Below the pieces are notes generated by a model. That model worked only from the letters and a program-made list of their open reading frames with translations, was not told the origin of the DNA and searched no databases. Source: a bacterium (GTDB lineage Bacteria; Patescibacteriota; Minisyncoccia; Phycocordibacterales; DATDWN01). Taken from it: a stretch of 58,523 nt of DNA. The position numbers and the translations under genes were made by a program. Location: contig JBAXLH010000005.1 in the NCBI GenBank assembly GCA_037134875.1, positions 1-58,523 on the forward strand, given 5' to 3'. Positions 10,186 to 19,483 of this stretch are shown one piece after another; position 1 is the first letter of the stretch; each line of letters opens with the position of its first letter.

Positions 10186-10302
10186 CCTAAAAGCGGGTTT
10201 CCAAAATAAAAACTCAGTACTTCTGAGTTCCTTATACTATATCATACTCGACCCCATCTTGTCAATACAACAACACAAAAACAACCTCTTGAAAAGGTGC
10301 AA

Positions 10303-10337
10303 AAAATGGCTCAAATAAAGGATATAAGAGCCATTTT
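10303..10337 (-). terminator. Hairpin downstream of the adhesin operon
   Basis: aaaatggctc / gagccatttt inverted repeat. Confidence 0.55.
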
Positions 10338-10375
10338 CAACACACATTATTTACCCCAAAAATCAAGTAGTTTTT

Positions 10376-12070
10376 CTAGAAATCTTGGTACTGGAGAGGT
10401 TGGAGTGAAAAGAGAGCAGAAACGTTCTTTGCAGCGGCAATGTTTGGCAAAACACAGTCATTTTTGCCTATACAATCACCCTGCCAACCCGAAAATCGCC
10501 ACTGAGCTGAGTCTGGATAGGCTCGGAGTGTCACTGTACTGCCCTGATCATATTTTTTTGTACACGTCGCACCACAATTTATAAGACCATCAGGACTTCC
10601 GCTCGTAATACTCTTTACTGACCCACCATAAGTCTTGGTCACATTCACATTGAGCTGACTGTAGACCGTCACACTGGCAGACTTTGAAGCACTACCCGAA
10701 GCATTTGAACAAGTAATCGTATAGGTTGAATTTGTATTGATTCCAGAGATAACCTTATTTCCTTCCGTCGTCGGAGTCACAGCACCTGTCCATCCACCGG
10801 AAATATTGCAGGATGTTGGTGTATTTGTAGTGAGCCAGTAAAGGTTGGTATTAAATCCAGACGTTCCCGACACTGGATTTGCAGTGAAAGTGGTGATGGT
10901 TGGAGGAGCTGCTGGACATGTGACTGAATCAATAGCAAAACCACCATTTGCAGCATTGGCAGAATTTTTTGTTGCCACCCAAATATAATAGGTTTGACCT
11001 GGAGTAGATGCAAATGACTGGCTTGTTCCGGCACTTGTATTTTGAAATGATGGGTTATATATATCAAAAGTTGGACTTACAGAGAAGTATGATTGCGTAT
11101 ACCCAGCTGGCAGAGTCCATGAAGCATTGACCTGAGTACCTGGAGCTGGACAAGAAAGGACAAGGTTGGTTGGAGTTGGTGGTATTGTAACTTTGACTGT
11201 ATCTGATGTTTTTTGTCCGTTAGCACCAGAACACGTAATAGTACTTGAATAATATGTATATGGATTTGGTATATATGGTGATGCACTTGATGTCCCTCCA
11301 TTTGGATTAATCGCAACACTTGGATTTCCTGTTAATAGGTAACCTGAAGATAGAGTACAGCCGCCAGAAGCATTTGCTATAGCACCCCATGACAAACCAT
11401 ACGTAGCTCCAATTGGCAAGTTATTATATGGCCCCCAAATCTGAGGGACTTCAACTGGTCCGTCTGTATTGGTGTAATAACCGGCAGTAAACCAACCATA
11501 ATTTCCACTACCACTTGGCCACGGAACACTTGTAATTTTGAGATCTGGTGTACCAAGTACAGGTATAGGGTTTTGAACTGTAATTGTAAATGTTGACGTA
11601 ACTGGAACCATTTTACCTACCCCATTGAGAGGATATTCATAAACTTGAAAAGTTACAATATATGTACCTGGTGTAATATTTCCACTAATCGTATAAAGAG
11701 CATCATATCCATAATTTGAATAAATTGTTGCATCGAGACCATTACTGCCGTTATTTGCATACTGAAATGTACATGTACCACCTGTTGGACAACCTGTTAC
11801 GCGCCAGCTAACATTTGTCCATCCTGTTTGACCCATATATTGACTACCCGCCCATGTGGTTATTGTTTTTAAATACAACCAATCACCTTGATTGATTGTA
11901 ATATTTCCAGCTGTACTATAATAATATGGCCACAAAGTTGAATTTGTGTAATACTGTTGAACAGCAAGATATCCGGTAGAAGCACGCACCGACACAGTCA
12001 AAAATAATGAAATAATTAGTACTAGCGCAAAGTATGTACTGTATGAAATAAGTGTAGTTAATTTTTTCAT
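10376..12070 (-). CDS. Secreted S/T/G-rich adhesin-like protein (Ig/PKD-like repeats, C-terminal divergent InlB B-repeat-like domain)
   Basis: Signal peptide from MKKLTT (ATG 12070), Cys-bridged beta-rich modules, CGATCTKKYDQGSTVTLRA...FSGWQGDC, ends PLQYQDF. Confidence 0.75.
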   Translation of the reverse strand: MKKLTTLISYSTYFALVLIISLFLTVSVRASTGYLAVQQYYTNSTLWPYYYSTAGNITINQGDWLYLKTITTWAGSQYMGQTGWTNVSWRVTGCPTGGTCTFQYANNGSNGLDATIYSNYGYDALYTISGNITPGTYIVTFQVYEYPLNGVGKMVPVTSTFTITVQNPIPVLGTPDLKITSVPWPSGSGNYGWFTAGYYTNTDGPVEVPQIWGPYNNLPIGATYGLSWGAIANASGGCTLSSGYLLTGNPSVAINPNGGTSSASPYIPNPYTYYSSTITCSGANGQKTSDTVKVTIPPTPTNLVLSCPAPGTQVNASWTLPAGYTQSYFSVSPTFDIYNPSFQNTSAGTSQSFASTPGQTYYIWVATKNSANAANGGFAIDSVTCPAAPPTITTFTANPVSGTSGFNTNLYWLTTNTPTSCNISGGWTGAVTPTTEGNKVISGINTNSTYTITCSNASGSASKSASVTVYSQLNVNVTKTYGGSVKSITSGSPDGLINCGATCTKKYDQGSTVTLRAYPDSAQWRFSGWQGDCIGKNDCVLPNIAAAKNVSALFSLQPLQYQDF

Positions 12071-12071
12071 A

Positions 12072-12524
12072 TTATTTTTGATATCGAATAGATACAAATG
12101 TTAAATCTGCTTGTTTTGTGAGATCCACAGAAATTCGTTGCTGACCTTTTGAAGCGACTATCTTGCCTGTACCGCCTGTATTGGAACTACTACTTGCCAC
12201 GAGCCACTGTTTATATTCGAGAAAAGCTTTGTACATCGAGAAAACAGAACCTATTTTATTGTTTGTTATATATTCCAAATAATCCCCTTTTTGATCTTCT
12301 GGTGTCTTGATTGAATATGATTTTGAGAGAAGGGTTCGCTCAAATATGAGGTCGTCTGGATAGTCCGATGGGTACTGAGGAATTTCAGGTGGTTTTATGA
12401 AAGTTACTGTTGTTGAGACTGTATTCTTACTTTTTATATTGGTGTACACCATATAAGAAACTCCTACAATAGCAACAACAAGAATGACTATGACGAGTAT
12501 TTTTATTACAGTAGCTCTATTCAT
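12072..12524 (-). CDS. Small membrane-anchored protein, paralog of 16288-16755
   Basis: N-terminal TM helix; YPSDYP, Y..L...QW and KGQQRISV motifs. Confidence 0.8.
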   Translation of the reverse strand: MNRATVIKILVIVILVVAIVGVSYMVYTNIKSKNTVSTTVTFIKPPEIPQYPSDYPDDLIFERTLLSKSYSIKTPEDQKGDYLEYITNNKIGSVFSMYKAFLEYKQWLVASSSSNTGGTGKIVASKGQQRISVDLTKQADLTFVSIRYQK

Positions 12525-12533
12525 TGTGTTTGA

Positions 12534-15500
12534 TTAAAACTCTTGATAATTAAGTGGATCGAGAGAAAAGAGTGCCTTTGCCGTTTTGGCCGCACCTGTC
12601 ACAGAAACAGCACATACATTTCCACTCGTTGGTCGAGTACAATCCCCTTCCCATCCAACAAATTTCCATGCACTCGAGCTTGGTACTGCACGGAGTGTAA
12701 CCGTCGTGCCATTACTATAACTTTTTACACACGATATACCACAAGAAATTCCCCCATCGTCACTCGCTACTGTTCCTCCATATGAAGGTTGGACTGTCAG
12801 GTTGTATGTTGTCAAAATAATTGGTGTGACTGTTACTTGTCTCGTTACACTACCTGCACTGTTTTGACATACGAGGGTAAATGTTGTTGGAGTCGAGAAT
12901 CCTGTGACTGTCTCACTGCCCCCGGCAATTGATTTTGCACCACTCCATCCTCCAGATGCAGTACAAGATGTTGGACTGCCTGTAGTTGTCCATGTGAGAG
13001 TTGTTGTACGTGGCAGAGCACTTGTTGGTGTCGTTGCAGAAAGATTGAGAGTTGGAGTCACAACTGCAGTAGATACTGCGACAGTCTTACTTGCTGTTGC
13101 AGGTGTTGGTATGGAACACAAGTTTGCAAAACCAGTATGGTTGGCTACTGTACATGTATATGTTTTGGTTTGGGCTGACGAGAGCGCTGCACACGAGAAA
13201 TTTGCTGTTGTATTACCTGTACCTGTCCAATTTACAAATGTACACTCAGAAGGATTTAGGGTGACATAAGCATTGTTGACCCCATAATTACAACTAACAG
13301 CAATTGGTGTACCGGTCTGAGCAGTAGTTGGTGCTGTTACTGTACCAGCTGTTGGGGTAATACATGATCCAGAAGCACTTGGATCTACACAAGTCGTATT
13401 TTGCAGAATATATGAACTGGAAGCACCATTTGCACCATATGCTGAATGAACCCACACGCTATATGTTTGTCCTGGTGTGGTTGAAAACGATTGACTTGTT
13501 CCAACACTAGTTGAAACACCAGCAACAGTTGGACTTTCGTAGAAATAGCTGGATGAATAACCTGCGGGAAGACTCCATGTTGCGGAGAGTGTTGTGCCAG
13601 GAGTAGGACAAGAAAGAACAAGGTTTGTTGGAGGAGGAGGTGTGTTTACTACAAGACTGTCAGAGCCAGACCCGCCTGCACCAGTACACGAGAGTGTATG
13701 TGTTTTTGTAAGAGCATTAGTTGTAAATATTGAACTGCCACCATTTACATTCACAGATGCTCCATCCAAAGTACAACTTGTTGCACCAGAAACAGCACCC
13801 CATGACAGAGTATAGTCATAGCCGTAGTGAAGCATTACTGGGCCATCAGTATTTACATATGGTGCCCACCACACAGTGGTATGAGCCTTGTCAGCCCATG
13901 CAGTGAGTTTCAAATCAGGCGCTGGAGGTGTTGGACCGACAACTGTATATGGTGTGGATGCTTGAGAATTAAAATCTACAGTATCCAAATTTACAAATGA
14001 GTTTGCATATGCTCTAGCTGTATATGTACCAGCAGTATTCACCGTCCAGTAATCCTGACTCCATAACGAATGATTACTTGTGAGAGAATACACGCGCGAC
14101 GCATGTGGAGCAAGCATACTTGAATCGGAAGTGTAGACATTTATATCACTCGAAGTATTTTTTGGTATATTGCCAGATTTATTTCCGTAAATACTGTTAT
14201 AGAAAACTGGACCACCGCCAGGCAAAAAAGCTGTGGTGTACGAGCTGTTATTTATAATCGCTAAATATGGGTAAATCTTTTCACCAATATTGAATGTACT
14301 TTTTATATTACCGTTTTGATCGGTCAAATAAAATTGTGTAATTGATAGTGTTGATTTTCCACCACTTCCGCCAGTTGTCGGCAAACAATAATAAATTGCA
14401 CAAGATGTATTACATTTTTGAACAGAAACAGATGATACTGGACAACTATTTGTGTTTTGTGCCCCATTATCACATTGTTCTGTGCTTTGTACTATTCCAT
14501 CTCCACAACTTGCTGGTGCACTACACGAGTTGAGTCGACAACTGATACTACATGTCGAAGGACATGCACCGTTTGCAGACCCACGATCACATTGTTCGCC
14601 TGTTTCTTGTATGCCATTACCACACACCGGTCCGGATGGAGCTGGTGCTTGGAGATTTACTGTGACTTGTGCGAGAGTTCCGGCAGATGTTGTGTCCCCT
14701 CTTTTTTGCAAATAAAATACTGTGCCATTATTTACCCATGCGCCTGATGTGTATGTTCCAGCACCTGGTCCACCCATCATAGCAAGAGTTCCGGATGGAC
14801 TACTGACACGCAAATCATATTCACACGTTGCATTGGTTGAAATAGTTGTCACTCCGACTGGCTGACTTGTGATAATAGGATTTGGATTTGCAGAAATGGT
14901 TCCGGTACATGCTGGAGGGTTTGAGGTTTTAACTGCACTACATGATGCATTTGCTCCACCGTTTGTCCCGGCACACTGCCAAGTCCACGGACCTGTACCA
15001 GAAAAACCGGTTACTACTCCAAGAGCACATAAACCTGCACTTGAGGAACTCAAAGTTGAAAATGATTGACCATTTGAAGATCCACACTGACCGGCCGTAG
15101 AAACAACTGGATCTGAGACTGTTATTGAGGGACACTGAGTTTGTCTTCCAATACCGTCAGTGAGTTTTATTCTATCGTATGTTCCTGAGGTTGAGAAAGA
15201 TGTTGTAAATGTATCACTCCCAACATTTAATGTAGACTTGGATGAAGGATTTCCTCCTTGAGCTGACCAATTAAAATTACCGTCCCCATTTATACCAGTA
15301 AAAGTTACACTTTGATTTGTGTATACAGATGTAGAACCAGAAGTAAGTGTACATTCTGGTGGAGTAGTCACCACTGGCGGTTGACTTATTGTCACCACCC
15401 TATCCTGAGATTCTGAGTTGACGGGAGACGTACATGTCAGACGATATGTCTGTGTTGGATTTGATGGACTGTATGTCAGATTTCCTGTAGATACTTGTCC

Positions 15501-16277
15501 CGATGAATCTGTACCAGATGTTACTGGAGCATATGTACCCCCAGACAATACACTAAGTGTCCATGGAAATGGACCTCCTGTGCCGAAAGCAAAACTGACA
15601 GATGCACTCGTACCAGACTGTACAGATGAAGGAGTTATGCTAAATGCCTGAATAGAACACTTTGGAGCTTGTCGTATTTTTATATAAAAATCCTCATCAA
15701 GAATATTACCTGTCTTTGATGATACGCCTATCCTCCAAGGACCAGCACCTCTTGTAGCATTTGGGTCAACCTGCAAAGTGAAGACTGCTTGATAAGTACC
15801 ATTTCCACCTTGGAATACTCTCTCACAAATTCTTGCGCCATATGCAGGATATGTATACGATGATGCTCCACCATTTATACCGCCAGTTGCAGTACAATTG
15901 CTAATCTGTACAGTCTGACTTGGGTTGGAAGAATTTTGGTAGAAATAACCAAGTGGTGTTCCATTAAATATAGAACCAATGCCCAAAGAAGGTGTATCTG
16001 TTAAAGCCGAAGTTACCTCAATTGTTCCTGTAACAGTAATCACAGCACCAGGATCAACTTCGTATGTATAAATGGGACTACCATCATCATTTTTTTCTCC
16101 AGAATCACTGAATGTCCCACTTGGTGAATACACGTTCATTGAAATACTTCTATTGAAAGTATCTGCACGTACAACTGAAATTATTCCAGAAAAATAATAT
16201 GCACACAGGAAGCTCAAAAATATCATACTACCTATTACCGCCTTTTTCCCAATTTTATTTTTTATTTTTTGTACCAT
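12534..16277 (-). CDS. Large secreted adhesin/S-layer-like protein with Myxococcus-type Cys-rich repeats and a C-terminal InlB B-repeat-like domain
   Basis: Signal peptide; CGNGIQETGEQCD and CGDGIVQSTEQCD repeats; module shared with 10376-12070; ends PLNYQEF. Confidence 0.8.
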   Translation of the reverse strand: MVQKIKNKIGKKAVIGSMIFLSFLCAYYFSGIISVVRADTFNRSISMNVYSPSGTFSDSGEKNDDGSPIYTYEVDPGAVITVTGTIEVTSALTDTPSLGIGSIFNGTPLGYFYQNSSNPSQTVQISNCTATGGINGGASSYTYPAYGARICERVFQGGNGTYQAVFTLQVDPNATRGAGPWRIGVSSKTGNILDEDFYIKIRQAPKCSIQAFSITPSSVQSGTSASVSFAFGTGGPFPWTLSVLSGGTYAPVTSGTDSSGQVSTGNLTYSPSNPTQTYRLTCTSPVNSESQDRVVTISQPPVVTTPPECTLTSGSTSVYTNQSVTFTGINGDGNFNWSAQGGNPSSKSTLNVGSDTFTTSFSTSGTYDRIKLTDGIGRQTQCPSITVSDPVVSTAGQCGSSNGQSFSTLSSSSAGLCALGVVTGFSGTGPWTWQCAGTNGGANASCSAVKTSNPPACTGTISANPNPIITSQPVGVTTISTNATCEYDLRVSSPSGTLAMMGGPGAGTYTSGAWVNNGTVFYLQKRGDTTSAGTLAQVTVNLQAPAPSGPVCGNGIQETGEQCDRGSANGACPSTCSISCRLNSCSAPASCGDGIVQSTEQCDNGAQNTNSCPVSSVSVQKCNTSCAIYYCLPTTGGSGGKSTLSITQFYLTDQNGNIKSTFNIGEKIYPYLAIINNSSYTTAFLPGGGPVFYNSIYGNKSGNIPKNTSSDINVYTSDSSMLAPHASRVYSLTSNHSLWSQDYWTVNTAGTYTARAYANSFVNLDTVDFNSQASTPYTVVGPTPPAPDLKLTAWADKAHTTVWWAPYVNTDGPVMLHYGYDYTLSWGAVSGATSCTLDGASVNVNGGSSIFTTNALTKTHTLSCTGAGGSGSDSLVVNTPPPPTNLVLSCPTPGTTLSATWSLPAGYSSSYFYESPTVAGVSTSVGTSQSFSTTPGQTYSVWVHSAYGANGASSSYILQNTTCVDPSASGSCITPTAGTVTAPTTAQTGTPIAVSCNYGVNNAYVTLNPSECTFVNWTGTGNTTANFSCAALSSAQTKTYTCTVANHTGFANLCSIPTPATASKTVAVSTAVVTPTLNLSATTPTSALPRTTTLTWTTTGSPTSCTASGGWSGAKSIAGGSETVTGFSTPTTFTLVCQNSAGSVTRQVTVTPIILTTYNLTVQPSYGGTVASDDGGISCGISCVKSYSNGTTVTLRAVPSSSAWKFVGWEGDCTRPTSGNVCAVSVTGAAKTAKALFSLDPLNYQEF

Positions 16278-16287
16278 AGTTTTTTAA

Positions 16288-16755
16288 TTATTTTTCTAGT
16301 TGAAATGTTATTTGAATATCATTGACCTTTACGGGTGCGATAATGACAGAAACCTGCTGACTCCCTTTTTTAACCTGTATGAGTGCTGTATTTTTGGCAA
16401 TTGAATTTGAAATAACAACCCAGCCTTTTTGTGGTAACTCCGTTGCGTATAGATTTATTGCATCAAGCATATTTTTGCCTGAAATATATGAAATATTGAT
16501 TTGTTTTCTACCATCAGGCATTTTTACCTCTCCGGAATAGTTAATTTTTTTGTCTTCCAGCATTATTTCTCTCGGAAAATCTGAAGGTAGACCATCATAC
16601 AGGGAAACTGTGGTACCTGTTGCGTAGCCTTCTGGAGTAAGAACTTTGTATGGTTTTTTCTTTGTAAGCTCAGGAATAAAAACGATACCGATAACAATTA
16701 TTAAAATTAAAATAACAACTACTATAAAATAGTTTGAATTAGATTTATTTTCCAT
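16288..16755 (-). CDS. Small membrane-anchored protein, paralog of 12072-12524
   Basis: N-terminal TM helix; LPSDFP, Y..L..KGW and KGSQQVSV motifs. Confidence 0.8.
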   Translation of the reverse strand: MENKSNSNYFIVVVILILIIVIGIVFIPELTKKKPYKVLTPEGYATGTTVSLYDGLPSDFPREIMLEDKKINYSGEVKMPDGRKQINISYISGKNMLDAINLYATELPQKGWVVISNSIAKNTALIQVKKGSQQVSVIIAPVKVNDIQITFQLEK

Positions 16756-16837
16756 ACCAAAATTATACTATATATAAAAAGTAAATGACAGAGAAAGACA
16801 CAAAAATGTGGATAAGATACAGGGTTTAAAGATAAAC

Positions 16838-16879
16838 AAAAAGTCCGCGATGGGTGCCAGAGGCAACCGATCACGGACT
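16838..16879 (-). terminator. Intrinsic terminator of the GC-rich gene
   Basis: Minus strand agtccgtgatcggttgcc-tct-ggcacccatcgcggact followed by tttt. Confidence 0.75.
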
Positions 16880-16886
16880 GTTATAT

Positions 16887-18623
16887 TTACGGGACGTCAT
16901 TCCCATCACCTCCGTCGTCAGATGACTTAGGAGTTTTGGGAGCAATCACCGTGAGATCAATAGCGTTACTCACTGCACTATTGAGCTCAATATAAAGTTT
17001 TGCCTGACCAATCGGCAGATCCGGAACACTCACTGTGATGAGCTCCGAAGCGCACGACTGGATCCCGGCATAGAACTTGTCTCCAAACTCGCTGACGAAC
17101 GCCACACGAGTTTTGCCACCCGAACCCACGCAACCTTCGGTGGGTAGAGGAGCAACATAAGTCGCCGGATCATTATGTGTCACACCCTTTGCGAGGATAG
17201 ACACAGTAGACCCAGACGAAATCGTGGAAACTTTATTGAGTGTAGTCGGGTCGACCGCACTCATTACAAATGTGTCGTCAAACTGCGTCCAAAAATCCAC
17301 TACAGACGAGTTCGACGAGCTGGTAAATACTCGAATCTTCGTGCCATCCGTGATCTCGACGTCGCCAACAGGGTTGTTGACAACAAAGAGCCCAGGATAA
17401 CGCTCGACTTTGTACTTACCAATAGAAGCACCTGACAGATCCAGACGAGTCTGGGTCGACAGGCTATTGTATTCGGGTCCGTTGGTAACAAGGATGAGCT
17501 TGTTACGCGTCCAATCTCCCTCTTTGTAGACCACCATATACTTGGTGTCATAGAGAGACGGGTCGCACGAACCATTATTAACTACGCAGGTCTCCCTCTT
17601 ATACCCGCCAGTCGGAAGAGGGTTAGTCTTCGGATAGAACGGGTATGCGACATCGCCAGAAGACCCATCATCAACCTTGTCCCAAATCACAGTCCTGTTG
17701 ACATCAGTCACCCGATACCAAACTGTGGAAATCTTTGGAAACGTAGTAGAGTTACTTTTTCTTTCTACCAGGTTGACCATAAATCCAGAAGAATTGACAA
17801 CAGCCCAATTTTCTCCGTCAGAACTCCCAGAATCAAAGGTTTGGAGTGACACTCCATCAGTGCTGAAGCCCAGTTTCTGCTTCATTTCTTCGCTTGGAGC
17901 GAAGGCGCACTTAGTCTCACGGAGATACGTCGACGGGAGAACCCCATTGACCTTTCCGGAAACAGTGTCAATCGCATTAATGATATCATCCCGGGTCGTG
18001 AGACCCGTGATAGCCGTATCGATAGCTCGAAAGTCGCCGTTGTTCACAGCACCGAGCAACTCGATCGGTCCAGCCGCGCAGGCGTAGCCAGGCGATGGAT
18101 TATGCCAAAAGTCCGAAGATCCGCCCACAGTCAGCCAGTCGGCCGACTTGAAGACGGGTGCCATCCAGACATTGACAAACGGTTTTATTGATGGATCATC
18201 CTTTGCCATCTCTTTGTAGAGCCAGGCAGCCTTCGCTTTCGCGAAACCTTCTGGCAAAGAGAAGTCATTGGACAAAACAGTGGAGCAAGGGGTAAACCTT
18301 GCCAAAATATATTCATGAATGAGAACCCGATTGCTCGGATCAGTCACGTCATATTTATTGACTGGGCCATATTTGTTTCCAAACATGGTATGACCCTCGC
18401 AGACATAGGTGCCCGCGAACGTGGTCGTATTGTCCCATTCAATAGTAATGGAAGACCTCTGCGGAACAGAGATCCGTTCCAAATACGGAGTGACCTTGTT
18501 GATCACCCAGTCGGCATCAAAATTCGACGCCGAGTTGTTACCTGCATAGTTTATTTTTACCTCCGCCCCGAGTTGGGACAGAAGTGCAAACGTGACAATG
18601 AACAATCTGTTCAGTTTGGACAT
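16887..18623 (-). CDS. GC-rich secreted protein, probably horizontally acquired; degenerate gluzincin-like N-domain and IPT-like C-domain
   Basis: ATG 18623 preceded by AGGAGG and an upstream TGGTATAAT; signal peptide; LIHEYIL...LPEGFA; spot counts of three 60-nt lines gave 38-55% GC. Confidence 0.75.
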   Translation of the reverse strand: MSKLNRLFIVTFALLSQLGAEVKINYAGNNSASNFDADWVINKVTPYLERISVPQRSSITIEWDNTTTFAGTYVCEGHTMFGNKYGPVNKYDVTDPSNRVLIHEYILARFTPCSTVLSNDFSLPEGFAKAKAAWLYKEMAKDDPSIKPFVNVWMAPVFKSADWLTVGGSSDFWHNPSPGYACAAGPIELLGAVNNGDFRAIDTAITGLTTRDDIINAIDTVSGKVNGVLPSTYLRETKCAFAPSEEMKQKLGFSTDGVSLQTFDSGSSDGENWAVVNSSGFMVNLVERKSNSTTFPKISTVWYRVTDVNRTVIWDKVDDGSSGDVAYPFYPKTNPLPTGGYKRETCVVNNGSCDPSLYDTKYMVVYKEGDWTRNKLILVTNGPEYNSLSTQTRLDLSGASIGKYKVERYPGLFVVNNPVGDVEITDGTKIRVFTSSSNSSVVDFWTQFDDTFVMSAVDPTTLNKVSTISSGSTVSILAKGVTHNDPATYVAPLPTEGCVGSGGKTRVAFVSEFGDKFYAGIQSCASELITVSVPDLPIGQAKLYIELNSAVSNAIDLTVIAPKTPKSSDDGGDGNDVP

Positions 18624-18866
18624 GATGTCCCTCCTGCCCGTATTATACCAAGCACATTTTATAAAGTAAAGCAAGTTTACAACTGTGGATAACCTATTTT
18701 TAATAAAATGTAGCCTACAATATAGCTATTTTACCAAAAAATCACATTATTTTATCAAAAATTTGACCCATTTTTAGGTTGATAATTTGCCAAAATATCG
18801 ATACTATGAATATGGAAGCGCCAAGCTTACTACGGCTCGTCACTGAGCTCAATCGGGAGGAAAAAA

Positions 18867-18938
18867 GTGAAAAAAATCAAGCCGATTCGTAAAGCAAACG
18901 GTTGCTCAAGATGTGCAACCCGAAGTTCTAGTCATTAA
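18867..18938 (+). CDS. Possible 23-aa basic CxxC peptide (MKKIKPIRKANGCSRCATRSSSH), GTG start
   Basis: GGGAGG 6 nt upstream of GTG; inside a unit with promoter (TTGATA-17-TACTAT) and terminator. Confidence 0.35.
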   Translation: MKKIKPIRKANGCSRCATRSSSH

Positions 18939-18960
18939 ATCTAGTAATTATTTTTTAATA

Positions 18961-18993
18961 CCGCCTCAGATGTTTCTATAGCATCTTTGGCGG
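18961..18993 (+). terminator. Hairpin terminator
   Basis: ccgcctcagatg ... catctttggcgg followed by atttaatttat. Confidence 0.6.
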
Positions 18994-19027
18994 ATTTAAT
19001 TTATGAAAAATATGATAATATATAATT

Positions 19028-19483
19028 ATGGATAACTCGCATCAAATTTTTATTGAGGTGATTAGTAATCTAAATAAAAACAGTATTGAACCAATTGTTT
19101 ATGGTTCTTTTGGTCTGTACCTACTACTTAAAATGAATAATGAGTCAAATGATCTTGATTTTATTATAGATAAACCCGAACAGTTTACTGTTTGTAAAAA
19201 AGTATTGAAAAAAATGGGATTTGAAATTGATCCGGATCACGATCGAGAACTTGAAAGAAATGGTTTCTACGTATCTTTTATTGACAGATCAGAAATTGAG
19301 ACATTAATTTCCGAACAACTCAAGATAAAAAAGTTTTCTGATAACTTGGGAAATTATTTTAATATTGACATCTCGCAATATAAAAAAATTTATAGTAAGG
19401 GATTAGAAAATAAATACAGAAAAGCAAAAAAAGAGAAAGAAGATCTGGAGAAAATAAGGATGATTGAAAAATCTCAAAATTAA
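19028..19483 (+). CDS. Small nucleotidyltransferase-like protein (Pol beta superfamily)
   Basis: VYGS...NDLDF signature; low GC (25-30% in spot counts). Confidence 0.6.
   Translation: MDNSHQIFIEVISNLNKNSIEPIVYGSFGLYLLLKMNNESNDLDFIIDKPEQFTVCKKVLKKMGFEIDPDHDRELERNGFYVSFIDRSEIETLISEQLKIKKFSDNLGNYFNIDISQYKKIYSKGLENKYRKAKKEKEDLEKIRMIEKSQN

Noticed and set aside
10376-16277. Diversity-generating retroelement acting on the adhesins
   Set aside because: No reverse transcriptase, and no near-identical template/variable repeat pair differing at adenines; the similarity is ordinary paralogy.
12904-18692. Long antisense ORFs in the six-frame track over the adhesins and the foreign gene
   Set aside because: They are shadow frames of Thr/Ser/Gly-rich or GC-rich genes, with no motifs or independent signals.
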